Shown here: piece by piece, positions 19,671-30,033 of the stretch | Numbering within the stretch: the stretch's first letter is position 1 | Layout of the letters: each line of letters starts with the position of its first letter | DNA from: Candidatus Dojkabacteria bacterium | Lineage (GTDB): Bacteria; Patescibacteriota; Dojkabacteria; B142; WJKM01 | DNA length: 64,000 nt | Direction: 5' to 3' | NCBI GenBank assembly: GCA_014729085.1 | Contig: WJKM01000009.1 | Span: 126,590 to 190,589 of the forward strand | Translations under genes and position numbers: made by a program | The notes under the pieces: generated by a model | The model's input: only the letters and a program-made list of their open reading frames with translations | Told to the model about the DNA's origin: nothing | Database searches by the model: none

Positions 19671-22355
19671 ATGAAAAAAAATTGGCAAAATGAAACAAGT
19701 AAAAACGTATTTAAGATTTTAAATACAAGCCCTAAAGGACTTTCTGAAACAGAAATTAAAAAGCGTAGAGAAGAGTTTGGTCTTAATAAACTTCCTGAAC
19801 AAAAAGATAAAAATATTCTGAGCATATTTCTTAATCAGTTTAAAAGTCCTCTTATTTATATTTTAATTTTCGCAGGTATTGTTGCATTATTTATGCATGA
19901 GTATATAGATAGCGGAGTAATTTTTCTGATAATTATCATTAATAGTCTAATTGGCTTCTACGAGGAAGTTAAAGCCGAAAGAGGTATAGAGTCTTTAAAG
20001 AAGGTAAGTCCACAATACTCAACTGTAATAAGGCAAGGAATTGAAAAAAGAATCAAATCTGAAGAATTAGTAGTTGGAGATATACTTGAACTGAATTCGG
20101 GTGATAAAGTTGGGGCAGATGCTCGATTATTTAAAGCAATTAATTTAAGAACAGATGAGTCTTTATTGACAGGAGAATCCGTACCTGTCAACAAAAAAAC
20201 TGAAACAGCTGATCCGGATTTACACTTATTTGACGCAAAAAATTTAGCATTTTCCGGGACATTAGTAGTTGACGGAAGAGCTAAAGGAATAGTTGTTGCA
20301 ACTGGGGTTAATACACAGATAGGTAAAATTGCCCATAAGGTACAAACTGAAATTAAAGAAAAAACTCCCTTACAAAAAAATTTAGAAAAACTGGGAAGAA
20401 CAATTGGAAAAATTTCAATTGTATTAGTCATTCCAATATTAATACTTGGACTTTATCAGGGTAGAGAATTATTTGAAATTTTTGAAATGTCTGTAAGTTT
20501 AGCTGTCTCGGCTATTCCAGAAGGTTTACCTATTATTATTACTATTACGCTTGCTCTTGGAGTTAACAGAATGCTTAAAAATAATGCTTTGATAAGAAGA
20601 TTGCCCATAGTAGAGGTTTTGGGAAGTACAGATGTAATCTGTACAGATAAAACCGGAACTGTTACAACAAATCAAATAACAGTGAGAAAAGTACATCTGA
20701 AATTCCAAAAGTATTTATTTATAGAAGAGGTTGAGGATGAAGCGTGCAATATATTCTCTGTAAGCGAATATTGCGAGTGGGAAGAAGATGGGAAAAAAAG
20801 TGAAAGATGTAAGATTAATAAGCCAAACAAATTACATGATTTTTTAAAGAATTCAGTATTATGCTGTGATGCAACAGTTGATTTGGGAGACCCAACAGAA
20901 CAAGCATTGATTTTTGCAGCTAAAAAATGCGGAATAGATCCCGTCGAATTAAGAAAACAGAATAAAAGAATAGAAGAAATCCCTTTTTCATCTGATTATA
21001 AATACATGGTTACACATATAGAAGATAGAGGATTTATAATGAAAGGAGCAGTAGAAGAAGTACTTAAAAAATGTAGTTATGTTAGAGAAAATGGAGAAGT
21101 AAGGCCCATAGAAAATGAGGAAAAAGAGAAAATATTAGAACTAAATAAGAAACAAGCCAAAAATGGATTCAGAGTTTTAGGACTTGCACTTAAAGATGTA
21201 TCAAATTCAACCAAACTGATCCAGAATGATTTAGAAGGTTTTGTTTTTATTGGACTAGTAAGTATGATTGATCCTCCGCGTGCAGAAGTAGCGGATGCTA
21301 TTCAGTCCTGTTACGAGGCGGGAATAAGGGTTCTGATGATTACTGGAGATCATGCCTTAACAGCTGAAACCATTGCTGAGGAGGTGGGGATAGAATCTGA
21401 AGGCGTTTTAGAAGGCAAACATATTCAGGAAATGGATGACGAATCTCTTTCCGAAGCTGTTGAAAAGTGTTCGATTTATGCAAGAGTAACATCTGAAGAT
21501 AAATTGCGAATATTAAAAGCCCTACAAAGAAATGGTCATGTAGTAGGAATGGGTGGTGATGGTGTTAATGACGCTCCAGCTCTTAAAAAAGCAGAAGTAG
21601 GTTTTGCAGTTGGCTCAGGGACAGACTTAACCAAAGAAGTATCTGACATGGTTCTACTAGATGATAATTTTGCTACAATACCAAAAGTTATTAAAGAAGG
21701 GCGAGTAATTTATTCTAATATAAAAAATTATTTGAAGCTTCTCCTGTCCTCAAATTTCGATGAAATTCTAGTAGTGCTTGTATCAATTCTTATGAATTTA
21801 CCTTTGTTTTTTGCTCCAATACATATTCTTTGGATCAATCTGCTGAGCGACGGTTTACCTGCAACAGCATTAACTTTGGATCAACCGGATAAAGAAGTTA
21901 TGAAAGAAAAACCTAGGGATCCTAAGCAGTCTATAATTTCAGGAATATTTCCCATAATAATTGTTGCTGGATTAATTGCTTTTACAATGATGTTAATAGT
22001 TTTCTCATATGAATACACTTGGTGGAAGTCATTAACTGTCAATCAGAATTTACCAAAAGCACGAACTATGGTTTTTATTGCTGCAGTTATTTTTGAACTA
22101 GTTCTTGTATTTGTTATTCGTACTAAGAGATTTGCCTTCAATGGTAGTATGTTTAAGAACAAATATCTTATTTATTCAGTTTTATCTTCATTATTGTTAA
22201 TTATTGCCTCTGTTTATATTCCAATATTGAATACATTATTTAAAACTGTACCAATTCAATTAGATGACTGGATTTTCATAATATCGAGCGTTTTATCAGC
22301 AACTGGCCTTATTGAGTTATTCAAACTCTGGTATTATAAAAATAGAAGCTTTTAG
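19671..22355 (+). CDS. cation-transporting P-type ATPase (P2/P3-type, Ca2+/Mg2+-like)
   Basis: ICTDKTGTVTTN phosphorylation motif, MITGDH, GDGVNDAPALKKAEVG; 10 TM; 894 aa. Confidence 0.85.
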   Translation: MKKNWQNETSKNVFKILNTSPKGLSETEIKKRREEFGLNKLPEQKDKNILSIFLNQFKSPLIYILIFAGIVALFMHEYIDSGVIFLIIIINSLIGFYEEVKAERGIESLKKVSPQYSTVIRQGIEKRIKSEELVVGDILELNSGDKVGADARLFKAINLRTDESLLTGESVPVNKKTETADPDLHLFDAKNLAFSGTLVVDGRAKGIVVATGVNTQIGKIAHKVQTEIKEKTPLQKNLEKLGRTIGKISIVLVIPILILGLYQGRELFEIFEMSVSLAVSAIPEGLPIIITITLALGVNRMLKNNALIRRLPIVEVLGSTDVICTDKTGTVTTNQITVRKVHLKFQKYLFIEEVEDEACNIFSVSEYCEWEEDGKKSERCKINKPNKLHDFLKNSVLCCDATVDLGDPTEQALIFAAKKCGIDPVELRKQNKRIEEIPFSSDYKYMVTHIEDRGFIMKGAVEEVLKKCSYVRENGEVRPIENEEKEKILELNKKQAKNGFRVLGLALKDVSNSTKLIQNDLEGFVFIGLVSMIDPPRAEVADAIQSCYEAGIRVLMITGDHALTAETIAEEVGIESEGVLEGKHIQEMDDESLSEAVEKCSIYARVTSEDKLRILKALQRNGHVVGMGGDGVNDAPALKKAEVGFAVGSGTDLTKEVSDMVLLDDNFATIPKVIKEGRVIYSNIKNYLKLLLSSNFDEILVVLVSILMNLPLFFAPIHILWINLLSDGLPATALTLDQPDKEVMKEKPRDPKQSIISGIFPIIIVAGLIAFTMMLIVFSYEYTWWKSLTVNQNLPKARTMVFIAAVIFELVLVFVIRTKRFAFNGSMFKNKYLIYSVLSSLLLIIASVYIPILNTLFKTVPIQLDDWIFIISSVLSATGLIELFKLWYYKNRSF

Positions 22356-22371
22356 TTAAAAGACATTATTT

Positions 22372-23343
22372 ATGAATAAAGACAGAAAAGTAAAAATTGA
22401 TAAAAATGGAAGTTTAAGAATTGAAGATGACATCAATTCAGAAGATTTATGGTTTACTAAACAACAAGTTAAAGAATTACTTGGATTAGATGAAGAAAAA
22501 CTAGTTAAAGGTATGAACATAATTACAGAAAAACAAAGTATAAAAAAGGAAAAGCTATTAAAACAAGTAAGACTTGAAAATGGAACGGAATTTTTCTACA
22601 GCTTAGAAGCCATGTTTTTACTTGCTTATGAGATAGAATCTGAAAACAGTCATTTAATTAAACAATGGGTTTTTAATATATTGAAAAATTATTTAACCAA
22701 GGGATTTGTAATAGATAAAAAGAAACTATTAAGTAAACAAGAAGAACTCCACAATATATTAAAAATGTTAAGAAAAAATGTAACACTTCCTGTTTTTGAC
22801 GGTAAAGAAGATGATATTTTAGCACTGATTGAAGACTACACAACAACCTGGAATGTTTTTCATCATTGGGACAGAGAAACTCTAACTTACGACCGATTGC
22901 ACCATGACTTGAAATATAAATTAACAATTGAAGATACATACTTTGTAATAAACAAGTTAAAAAGTGAATTAACTAAAAAAGAAGAAGCTAGAGAAATATT
23001 CGGCCAGGAAGTAGATGGAGGAATAAGTACTGTAATCGAAAATATTAATCAAGCTGTGGGGGGAAAAGATCTGTATCCAAGCATTGAGGAAAAAGCAGCA
23101 CACATTTTATATCTGACAATCAAAGACCATCCGTTTGTAGATGGCAATAAAAGGATCGGATCTATGCTATTTATTTATTTTTTAAAGAGAAATGATTTTG
23201 TATGGAAAGTAAATAAGGAGCAAAAGATAAATGATAATGCACTTATTGCGCTCGCTTTACTTGTAGCAAGCAGTGATCCAAGAGATAAGGATACCATAAT
23301 CCAGTTAATCGTAAAGATTGTACAGAATGATTACGTTAGATAG
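22372..23343 (+). CDS. RhuM-family protein with C-terminal Fic/Doc domain
   Basis: N-terminal LWFTKQQVKELLG (RhuM-like) and Fic motif HPFVDGNKRIGS. Confidence 0.6.
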   Translation: MNKDRKVKIDKNGSLRIEDDINSEDLWFTKQQVKELLGLDEEKLVKGMNIITEKQSIKKEKLLKQVRLENGTEFFYSLEAMFLLAYEIESENSHLIKQWVFNILKNYLTKGFVIDKKKLLSKQEELHNILKMLRKNVTLPVFDGKEDDILALIEDYTTTWNVFHHWDRETLTYDRLHHDLKYKLTIEDTYFVINKLKSELTKKEEAREIFGQEVDGGISTVIENINQAVGGKDLYPSIEEKAAHILYLTIKDHPFVDGNKRIGSMLFIYFLKRNDFVWKVNKEQKINDNALIALALLVASSDPRDKDTIIQLIVKIVQNDYVR

Positions 23344-23354
23344 CTTATCTCAGA

Positions 23355-24359
23355 TTATTTATCATTATCTGGATTGTCATCGAAATTCACCCAAAAGCTT
23401 GGATCTGAGTTTGTAGCTTCAATCCATGCTAAAGTACTTTCACTAAAACTATCTCCAACCCCATAACCATTAATATGTCCTAAGCTTTTTAATTGGAGTG
23501 CTTCTGCAAGCATTTCAGGTGTTATGTTTTGCGTATAATCCCATGTAATATTAGGATTAAGGTGAGGTTGAATATTTTTCCACTCGGTTGACATGGCAGC
23601 GACTGGTAAATAATCTGCTAGTAAAGCAATTTCTTCTACTGGTACTTGTCCCCCTGCTGAATCAGAAACTTCATTGGAATGTCTTCTGAGAAATTCAGCC
23701 ATTCGTAAAGCAGTATTTCTAATTTCTTTATCCAAGAAATTCTTTTGATAAAAAACAGCCGATTGTGTTGCAATTTGTTCATTATAACCCTGGTTCAGGA
23801 ATACTTGCTTTAAATAATCTAGACTTGGAATTTCTGTATGAATAATGCTACAGACATCTTCACTATCACATAGTGACATAGCCCTACCTCCAAGATCTTG
23901 AACTAATCTGATATCAGAATCTAAACTTACAACGTTTTGAGGTTCTTCTTCTTCGTTGAGCCAAACATCAGTTAACCAGTCCGCATAATCAATTAGTCCA
24001 TCGCCATCAAAGTCTGGATTTCTAGGATCAAGACCTAATTCAGTTTCGATTTCATTTGATACGAAATCACCATCGATATCCGGATCTTGACTATCAGCAA
24101 TGCCATCACCATCTGTATCTTCTTCAATAATTCCTGTAAAATCAGGGTCTACTGGATCGAAGATGCCATCAGTATCATGATCTCCAAATCGTGCAAGACC
24201 TTCTGTTAAAGTACCATCCGGTTCATAAATAATATCTATTAAATCAGAAATACCATTCTGATTAAAGTCTGAATCAGCAAAACCATTGGCAACAAATGTT
24301 ATTTCTTCATCTGAATAATTAGTGAAGATTTGATCCAATTTATCGACAAAGAAACTCAT
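23355..24359 (-). CDS. TSP3-like (DxDxDG) calcium-binding repeat protein; upstream signal peptide interrupted by in-frame TGA
   Basis: Multiple DxDGDG(L/I)xD repeats. The reading frame continues upstream to an ATG at 24599 encoding MEQENKLAWSVLLTTL-TGA-VGATGCALDN, a lipoprotein signal peptide with lipobox, broken by TGA at 24549-24551. Confidence 0.55.
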   Translation of the reverse strand: MSFFVDKLDQIFTNYSDEEITFVANGFADSDFNQNGISDLIDIIYEPDGTLTEGLARFGDHDTDGIFDPVDPDFTGIIEEDTDGDGIADSQDPDIDGDFVSNEIETELGLDPRNPDFDGDGLIDYADWLTDVWLNEEEEPQNVVSLDSDIRLVQDLGGRAMSLCDSEDVCSIIHTEIPSLDYLKQVFLNQGYNEQIATQSAVFYQKNFLDKEIRNTALRMAEFLRRHSNEVSDSAGGQVPVEEIALLADYLPVAAMSTEWKNIQPHLNPNITWDYTQNITPEMLAEALQLKSLGHINGYGVGDSFSESTLAWIEATNSDPSFWVNFDDNPDNDK

Positions 24360-24754
24360 CTCTTCTTCAGTTACAGTTGATGCAAGTCCGGTATTGACTA
24401 GCTCTGAGGCCTCAGGTGTAAAGGTGGGTAGAGCTGTTGGTGTAACCTCAATTTCTTCAGGAATTTGAGGTGTAGGAGAGATAGGTTCGATTGTAAGAGT
24501 AGATGTTGGGTTTTCAGCATTATCTAAGGCACATCCTGTTGCTCCTACTCATAATGTAGTAAGTAGAACACTCCAAGCTAATTTATTTTCCTGTTCCATA
24601 ATAATATATCTAATAAGAAAAATATTGAATGATTATATCATCCTATAACTTAATTTGTGAAGTTTAAATTATTTTTTATTGAAATTGGATTAAGTTAATA
24701 CACATCAAAACTTGGAACTGATATAATTTGTCATTAGATGTTAATTTATGAATA

Positions 24755-25651
24755 ATGAAATTAAATAAGGTTAATTTAGAAAAAACGTATAATTTCTTCA
24801 TTAAAGACCCAAAAAGAAATTCTGTGATAATCAAATGGGGACTTCTGGTTATCTTTACATTTGGAATTATTATAATTTCTTATTTTGGAATATTTCTTCC
24901 CTTTATTTTTTTGGGTGAAGATGGTTCAGAAGGGGTTGCATTTCTTTTCATGTGCTTGTTCTGTATAGGATATCTAGTATTTCTTCTATCTATCTATGGT
25001 TCTTGGTTTTATGCGAAAGGTGCTGGAATAAACAATTATAAATTTATGCGACAAAAAAATAACGAAAATATTATGCTTTCGGATATAAAGAAAAGATCGT
25101 TTATTGTAAACATTATTGAAGGATTGAAAATGGCACTTGTGTCTTTTGTTTATTTACTACCCTATATTTTTATTGTAATTTTATGGATAGTATTTATAAG
25201 TGTTGTTAGTTTTTCTATGGAATCGGGTGGATTTGAAGCAGAGGAACCAGAAGCAGCGTTTATCTTAATATATTTTATCTCAATGTTTCTTTTAGTTGGA
25301 ATACAATTCATTTATTTGTTTTTTTACAGCTGTGTACTCAAACCTATTATTTTCGAAACAATATATTCTAAAGGATATTTAGCGGCATTTAATATTTTTT
25401 ATACTTTAAAGGAATTTATACGATCCCCAAAACAGTATCTCTATAATTCTTTCATTATATTAGTCCCGTATGCTGTATGGATGGCAGTGTATATGCTTAG
25501 TGCAATATTAATGTATTTATGTATTGGAATATTTGTTATTCCTTTTGTTTATGGTTTATACTACATAATTAAAATATATATAGAACCTCATATTATATTT
25601 CTTGCAACTAGAGATAAAAATAGTTCGGAAAACACTGTAATATTAACTTAA
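24755..25651 (+). CDS. polytopic membrane protein, unknown family (paralog of next gene)
   Basis: About 7 TM; C-terminal block CIGIFVIPFVYGLYYIIKIYIEPHIIF shared with 25673..26509. Confidence 0.5.
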   Translation: MKLNKVNLEKTYNFFIKDPKRNSVIIKWGLLVIFTFGIIIISYFGIFLPFIFLGEDGSEGVAFLFMCLFCIGYLVFLLSIYGSWFYAKGAGINNYKFMRQKNNENIMLSDIKKRSFIVNIIEGLKMALVSFVYLLPYIFIVILWIVFISVVSFSMESGGFEAEEPEAAFILIYFISMFLLVGIQFIYLFFYSCVLKPIIFETIYSKGYLAAFNIFYTLKEFIRSPKQYLYNSFIILVPYAVWMAVYMLSAILMYLCIGIFVIPFVYGLYYIIKIYIEPHIIFLATRDKNSSENTVILT

Positions 25652-25672
25652 TTAAAATCTAAAAATCATAGA

Positions 25673-26509
25673 ATGGAAATCGTAAATAAAGCTATCGATT
25701 ATATTTGGAATAGCGAGAATAAGTATAAAATAGGTGCCTGGTGGGCTCTTTGGTTAGTCGCAAGTATTGCAATTATGTTTCCAATTGGATTTGTTTATGG
25801 ATTTTTGTCTTCAATTTTTATGATGGATGGCAATAAAACAATGTATGTTGTTTCATATATTGTTTTTGTCCTGGTAATACCAATATTCCAAGCATTGGTA
25901 CAATCAGTACCTTTAGGAAATTATTTAAGGAATTTTGATTCGGTTTTAAATTCTAATGAAAGCATTATTCTAGAATTCCCTTTTGATAATTTCAAAGAAA
26001 AATTTGTAAAAGGTATTAAGTTTTATGTTGTGTTCTTTTATTATTCACTACCCCTACAGATCATAACAACATCGATCGGTATTTTTCAGGTAGTTAATCA
26101 GGTAAATAATATAAATAATGAAGTGTTGAATCTTATACTTACGGTAATTTCCTGGGGAAGTATTGTACTGTATTCTTTGTTAATGAAATTCTTTTTGAAA
26201 CCTGCAATAACACATGTAGCTGCCCAAAATGGATTTAGAAAGGCATTGTCAATTAAAAAAATTATTGAAGAGGTTAAATTGAATTTTCCGGATATGATGA
26301 GGGTTGGATTAATTCTCTTTCTATTTAGTATGGTCTTTGGGATTGGTCTTATGATTTCAGCATTTTCAATATTATTGTGCATAGGTGTGTTTCTTTTTCC
26401 AATTATGCTTGTTGTACTTCAGATTGTTAATATATACGTCGAACCGTTTTTAATGGCGCAAATATTTATAGATAACAACACGAAAGAGAATCAAGTTGAA
26501 TTAAAATAA
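25673..26509 (+). CDS. polytopic membrane protein, paralog of 24755..25651
   Basis: Same architecture; CIGVFLFPIMLVVLQIVNIYVEPFLMAQIF conserved block. Confidence 0.5.
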   Translation: MEIVNKAIDYIWNSENKYKIGAWWALWLVASIAIMFPIGFVYGFLSSIFMMDGNKTMYVVSYIVFVLVIPIFQALVQSVPLGNYLRNFDSVLNSNESIILEFPFDNFKEKFVKGIKFYVVFFYYSLPLQIITTSIGIFQVVNQVNNINNEVLNLILTVISWGSIVLYSLLMKFFLKPAITHVAAQNGFRKALSIKKIIEEVKLNFPDMMRVGLILFLFSMVFGIGLMISAFSILLCIGVFLFPIMLVVLQIVNIYVEPFLMAQIFIDNNTKENQVELK

Positions 26510-26526
26510 ATTTTATAAATAATGAT

Positions 26527-27225
26527 ATGCAAGATCTACGTTCATATAAAATTAAAAATCCATATAGAGCAGATCAGGAAATTAAACAAGAAGTCAGTAT
26601 CTCACAAAATCTAGTTTATGATTATTCAGATACACCTTGGATTTCAGTTGATACAGAGTATTTATCTTTTAATCCGCTACAGGATAAGTTGTGTGTGATT
26701 CAGATTGCATCTAAAGAAAATGTAGAAGCTGAAAATTTAAGAGTTGAAGTAATTTATGTGTTTGACCAGGAACCAACAGATGAACTTATAAAATTATTTA
26801 CGAATAAAAAAATAGAGAAAATTTTCCATGTCTTTTCTGCAGATGTACCTAGAATAGAGAATTATTTGGGAACGAAAATTAAGGGATCAATTTTTGACAC
26901 AAAAGTAGCGGCCAAAATTGCATGGACAAATACTCAAAATCATGGAATGAAGAGCTTGATTAGAATGTTCGCTGATCCTGATTTTCACCAACTAGATTCA
27001 GATAATGGATTAAATGATTGGGAGATTGGGCCAGAAAATTGGTCTAATGACCAAATATATTACATGATGCAGGATGTAATTTATTTAGATGTTCTTAGAA
27101 ACAGGATCCTTGACATGGCTGAAAGAAGAGGGGTTAAGGAACTTGTCTTAGAAACAATGAAAACTATTCCTGTATTGGTTCAATTATATAGAAATGGCTA
27201 TACAGAAAACGTACTTAGCTACTAA
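26527..27225 (+). CDS. DEDDy 3'-5' exonuclease (RNase D-like)
   Basis: Exo I motif ISVDTEY, Exo III motif YYMMQDVIYL (Y-x3-D). Confidence 0.6.
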   Translation: MQDLRSYKIKNPYRADQEIKQEVSISQNLVYDYSDTPWISVDTEYLSFNPLQDKLCVIQIASKENVEAENLRVEVIYVFDQEPTDELIKLFTNKKIEKIFHVFSADVPRIENYLGTKIKGSIFDTKVAAKIAWTNTQNHGMKSLIRMFADPDFHQLDSDNGLNDWEIGPENWSNDQIYYMMQDVIYLDVLRNRILDMAERRGVKELVLETMKTIPVLVQLYRNGYTENVLSY

Positions 27226-27844
27226 TCTTTCTACTCCGTAATAAGAATAGGGAAATAATTCCTCCAATAAATATTAATATTGCAGATAGAGTAAACAGTA
27301 ATTCAAAATTTTGAGTTTTTGAAACTATGTAACCTCCAGCTGATGAAAAGAATGCAATCGAAATGCAAATAATTACATCATATAAACTATATTCGACTCC
27401 TTCATGACCTTTATCTACAAAATTAGCAAATGTTTTTCTCCAGGCTGGAAGATTAATAGATGTTCCCAAGCCAATCAAAAACTGTATAAAGTATAATTGC
27501 CACGGAAATATAATAAAACGGAAAGAAAAGATTCCAAGAGACATGAGGCAGGCACCGAGAAAAATTGCAACTGATTCATCTATATAAGACTTTTGTTTGT
27601 CTAAGAATTGAGCAATTGGAATTTGAAAGACAGATCTCGAAAACATGAATATTGAAAATCCAAACGCTATAGCTTCTAGGGGATTAACAGCAATTTTGTG
27701 TTCCAGATAAATTGCCACGACAGTATTCATCATGTTATATCCTCCCCAAACAAAACTATCTGAGTAAGTTAAGGTTTGAATAATTTTATTTAATTGTAAT
27801 TTCTGAAATTTTCCGAAAAAATGTTTGTTGTGGTTCATAAGCAA
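27215..27844 (-). CDS. MFS transporter, C-terminal six-TM half only (fragment or half-transporter)
   Basis: 209 aa with ~6 TM and MFS-like loop (FANFVDKGHEG). No N-terminal half is present upstream (27845-27940 is non-coding). Confidence 0.4.
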   Translation of the reverse strand: MLMNHNKHFFGKFQKLQLNKIIQTLTYSDSFVWGGYNMMNTVVAIYLEHKIAVNPLEAIAFGFSIFMFSRSVFQIPIAQFLDKQKSYIDESVAIFLGACLMSLGIFSFRFIIFPWQLYFIQFLIGLGTSINLPAWRKTFANFVDKGHEGVEYSLYDVIICISIAFFSSAGGYIVSKTQNFELLFTLSAILIFIGGIISLFLLRSRKISS

Positions 27845-27941
27845 AGATCTTAATAATTGAGATTGTTAGTAATAAGATTAGAGGATTTTTGGAGTAAATG
27901 CAAAAATAAAGACAGATATACTTTTTTATTTGCTAATTCTT

Positions 27942-28544
27942 TTATTTCTTTAAATCATCCATAATTTTAAAAGCCTTTCCGTTCTCAATCTCTTCTTTTC
28001 TTATTTGTAACTGATTTCTAAAAATTTGATTTGCGGTTTCGGTAAAGAATGAATTTTTAGATCTGAATTCCAAAGCTTCCTGTGGTGTTACATTATATGC
28101 GACAGCATCACTGTAGAAAGATTCTTTATACGTATCTGATAAATTATCTGCATCTACCATACATTCAATATTTTTATCTCCTCCAGGCTTTTTGGATTTA
28201 TGATTTGTAACAACATGAATAATCTGGTATATTTTACTTTTAGAATATTGCAATTCTTGTAAAATTTTTTTAATTAGAGGGACAGCTTTTTCTAAATGCT
28301 GTTTTTCTGCTTCAATTTTATCCTTGTGTGTTTTTGCAAACTGAAATTTTCTGGGAACATTAATCCACCCAATATCATGAAGCATGGCAGCTGGAATTAG
28401 TATATCAGGATTACCTCCTTCACCTTCAATGATTTCTTCCATGGCTCTTGTTACCATTTTACTGTGCAAAACGTAGTCTTTTTTGCCTATCCCGTTTAAC
28501 TTGTTTTTGACTATATCCCATAAATTTTTATATTGTCTCTTCAT
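27942..28544 (-). CDS. HD-domain phosphohydrolase
   Basis: AAMLHDIGW...H...D motif pattern of HD superfamily. Confidence 0.6.
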   Translation of the reverse strand: MKRQYKNLWDIVKNKLNGIGKKDYVLHSKMVTRAMEEIIEGEGGNPDILIPAAMLHDIGWINVPRKFQFAKTHKDKIEAEKQHLEKAVPLIKKILQELQYSKSKIYQIIHVVTNHKSKKPGGDKNIECMVDADNLSDTYKESFYSDAVAYNVTPQEALEFRSKNSFFTETANQIFRNQLQIRKEEIENGKAFKIMDDLKK

Positions 28545-28655
28545 TTTTTTCTTAGTAATTTTAAATCAATAAATTATAATATGCTGAATTAATATAATAA
28601 AGTGAAATTTATAAAATTATGAAAAATAATATATAATACAGAGCAGCATACAAAT

Positions 28656-28729
28656 GGGGTTATAGTTCAGCTGGCTAGAACGTCTCGCTGGCAGCGAGAA
28701 GGTCAGGGGTTCGAGTCCCCTTAACTCCA
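28656..28729 (+). tRNA. tRNA-Ala (anticodon GGC)
   Basis: Cloverleaf GGGGUUA/UAACUCC acceptor with G3:U70 Ala identity pair; anticodon loop CUGGCAG; T-arm AGGGG-UUCGAGU-CCCCU; CCA not encoded. Confidence 0.85.
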
Positions 28730-28773
28730 CTTAAGTTAAGAAATATTTTATAAGAAGACTAAGTCACTATATG

Positions 28774-29919
28774 TCAATATCCTTCAAGCGCTGCTAAATA
28801 TGCTGCACCGCTGTTAGATAAATTTCCACTTGGAACATTTCCAGATAGTACTACTTGGGGACGTGCATCAGTATAACTTGTTAAATATTGATCTGTTTTC
28901 CAAGGGTACCCTGGAATTTTATCAAAAAGAGAACCATGTAAACCCACTGCTACTCCGTCCAGATTACCAGGGAGAGAGGTAGCATGTGCTATTCCTAATG
29001 CAGCATGAGCTCCAATTCTAGCAGCATTATCGTACAAATCAACAGCTGTTTCATAACCAACACCGAATAATCTTCCAATATCTGGACCAGTAAGTGTTGG
29101 ATTATCATACAATCGCCGGGCTAAACTTTCAACTCCTTTTCCAGAACCGACCCATTCAAGGCAAGTACGTTGATCATCATGTACTGAGCAGTGCTGAAGG
29201 GTTTGTTCGTGAGGATTCAAATTAGGATCTAGACGTGGATGTCCACCTTCAGTAGGAATAACTCTACCAGAAATAGGATCCCATACTGCAACTCCAAGAC
29301 CTGTACCCTGAATTAGTAAAATGGCACCATTTTCTGTGAGGTCTGGGTGTTCTGCTACTAAACCAGTAACTCCAGCTTCTGCATCATTTAGACTTACTAC
29401 AGTTGTACCTTCTGGGAACAAACATCTGAGATCAAATTCATGTTGTTGTAAATATTGTCTGAAGCCGGGTGAATTTGTTGGTATATATTTGTGTCCATCA
29501 TGCCTTCCAGCTGCGTTAAATGCTATTGGAATAGCAGGATCTAGTTCACTAGAGATTCCTCCAATAAAATCAGCATAACTTTTACCAGTTGGGTCATTTA
29601 ATCTGAATGCATTTTGTTCGCATAATTCATCGGTTGGTACAAATAATCCCTCTTCATTAATTTGACCAGGACGGAACCAACAGTTTGTTCCACCTACTTC
29701 AAAAACTGCAACTGGTGGTTTACTCTCTCCAATTTCTCGCAACTTGTCTTTCATCTCAGCAGGATGAATAATTCGGCCACTTGGGCGGATTAATGCTGAT
29801 TCCGTTGTAAAAGCATCAATTTGAGTAGGTACGTAAGGTAAGGGTTTTCTTTGAAGGAACATTTGCTCCCCTTCACACGGAGATTTTTCAGGAGGGAAAG
29901 GGTTTAAGATTTCTTCCAT
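28774..29919 (-). CDS. glk: glucokinase (Glk family) with ~60 aa N-terminal extension; compositionally atypical
   Basis: EVGGTNCWF, IQGTGLGVAV...PTEGGHPRLDP, SGKGVESLARRLY align to the E. coli Glk motifs (DVGGTNARLA, GAGTGLGVAH...PGEGGHVDFAP). The protein is G/P/A/H-rich and local GC is clearly above the window background. Confidence 0.75.
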   Translation of the reverse strand: MEEILNPFPPEKSPCEGEQMFLQRKPLPYVPTQIDAFTTESALIRPSGRIIHPAEMKDKLREIGESKPPVAVFEVGGTNCWFRPGQINEEGLFVPTDELCEQNAFRLNDPTGKSYADFIGGISSELDPAIPIAFNAAGRHDGHKYIPTNSPGFRQYLQQHEFDLRCLFPEGTTVVSLNDAEAGVTGLVAEHPDLTENGAILLIQGTGLGVAVWDPISGRVIPTEGGHPRLDPNLNPHEQTLQHCSVHDDQRTCLEWVGSGKGVESLARRLYDNPTLTGPDIGRLFGVGYETAVDLYDNAARIGAHAALGIAHATSLPGNLDGVAVGLHGSLFDKIPGYPWKTDQYLTSYTDARPQVVLSGNVPSGNLSNSGAAYLAALEGY

Positions 29920-30033
29920 TTTATTTGAATAATATAACCTATAATTTTGAATTGCTTGAATTATATCATATTAATATAAGTTATAAATTTGATAATTATT
30001 ATAAATTCAAAGTAAAAATGATAAAATTTAAAT

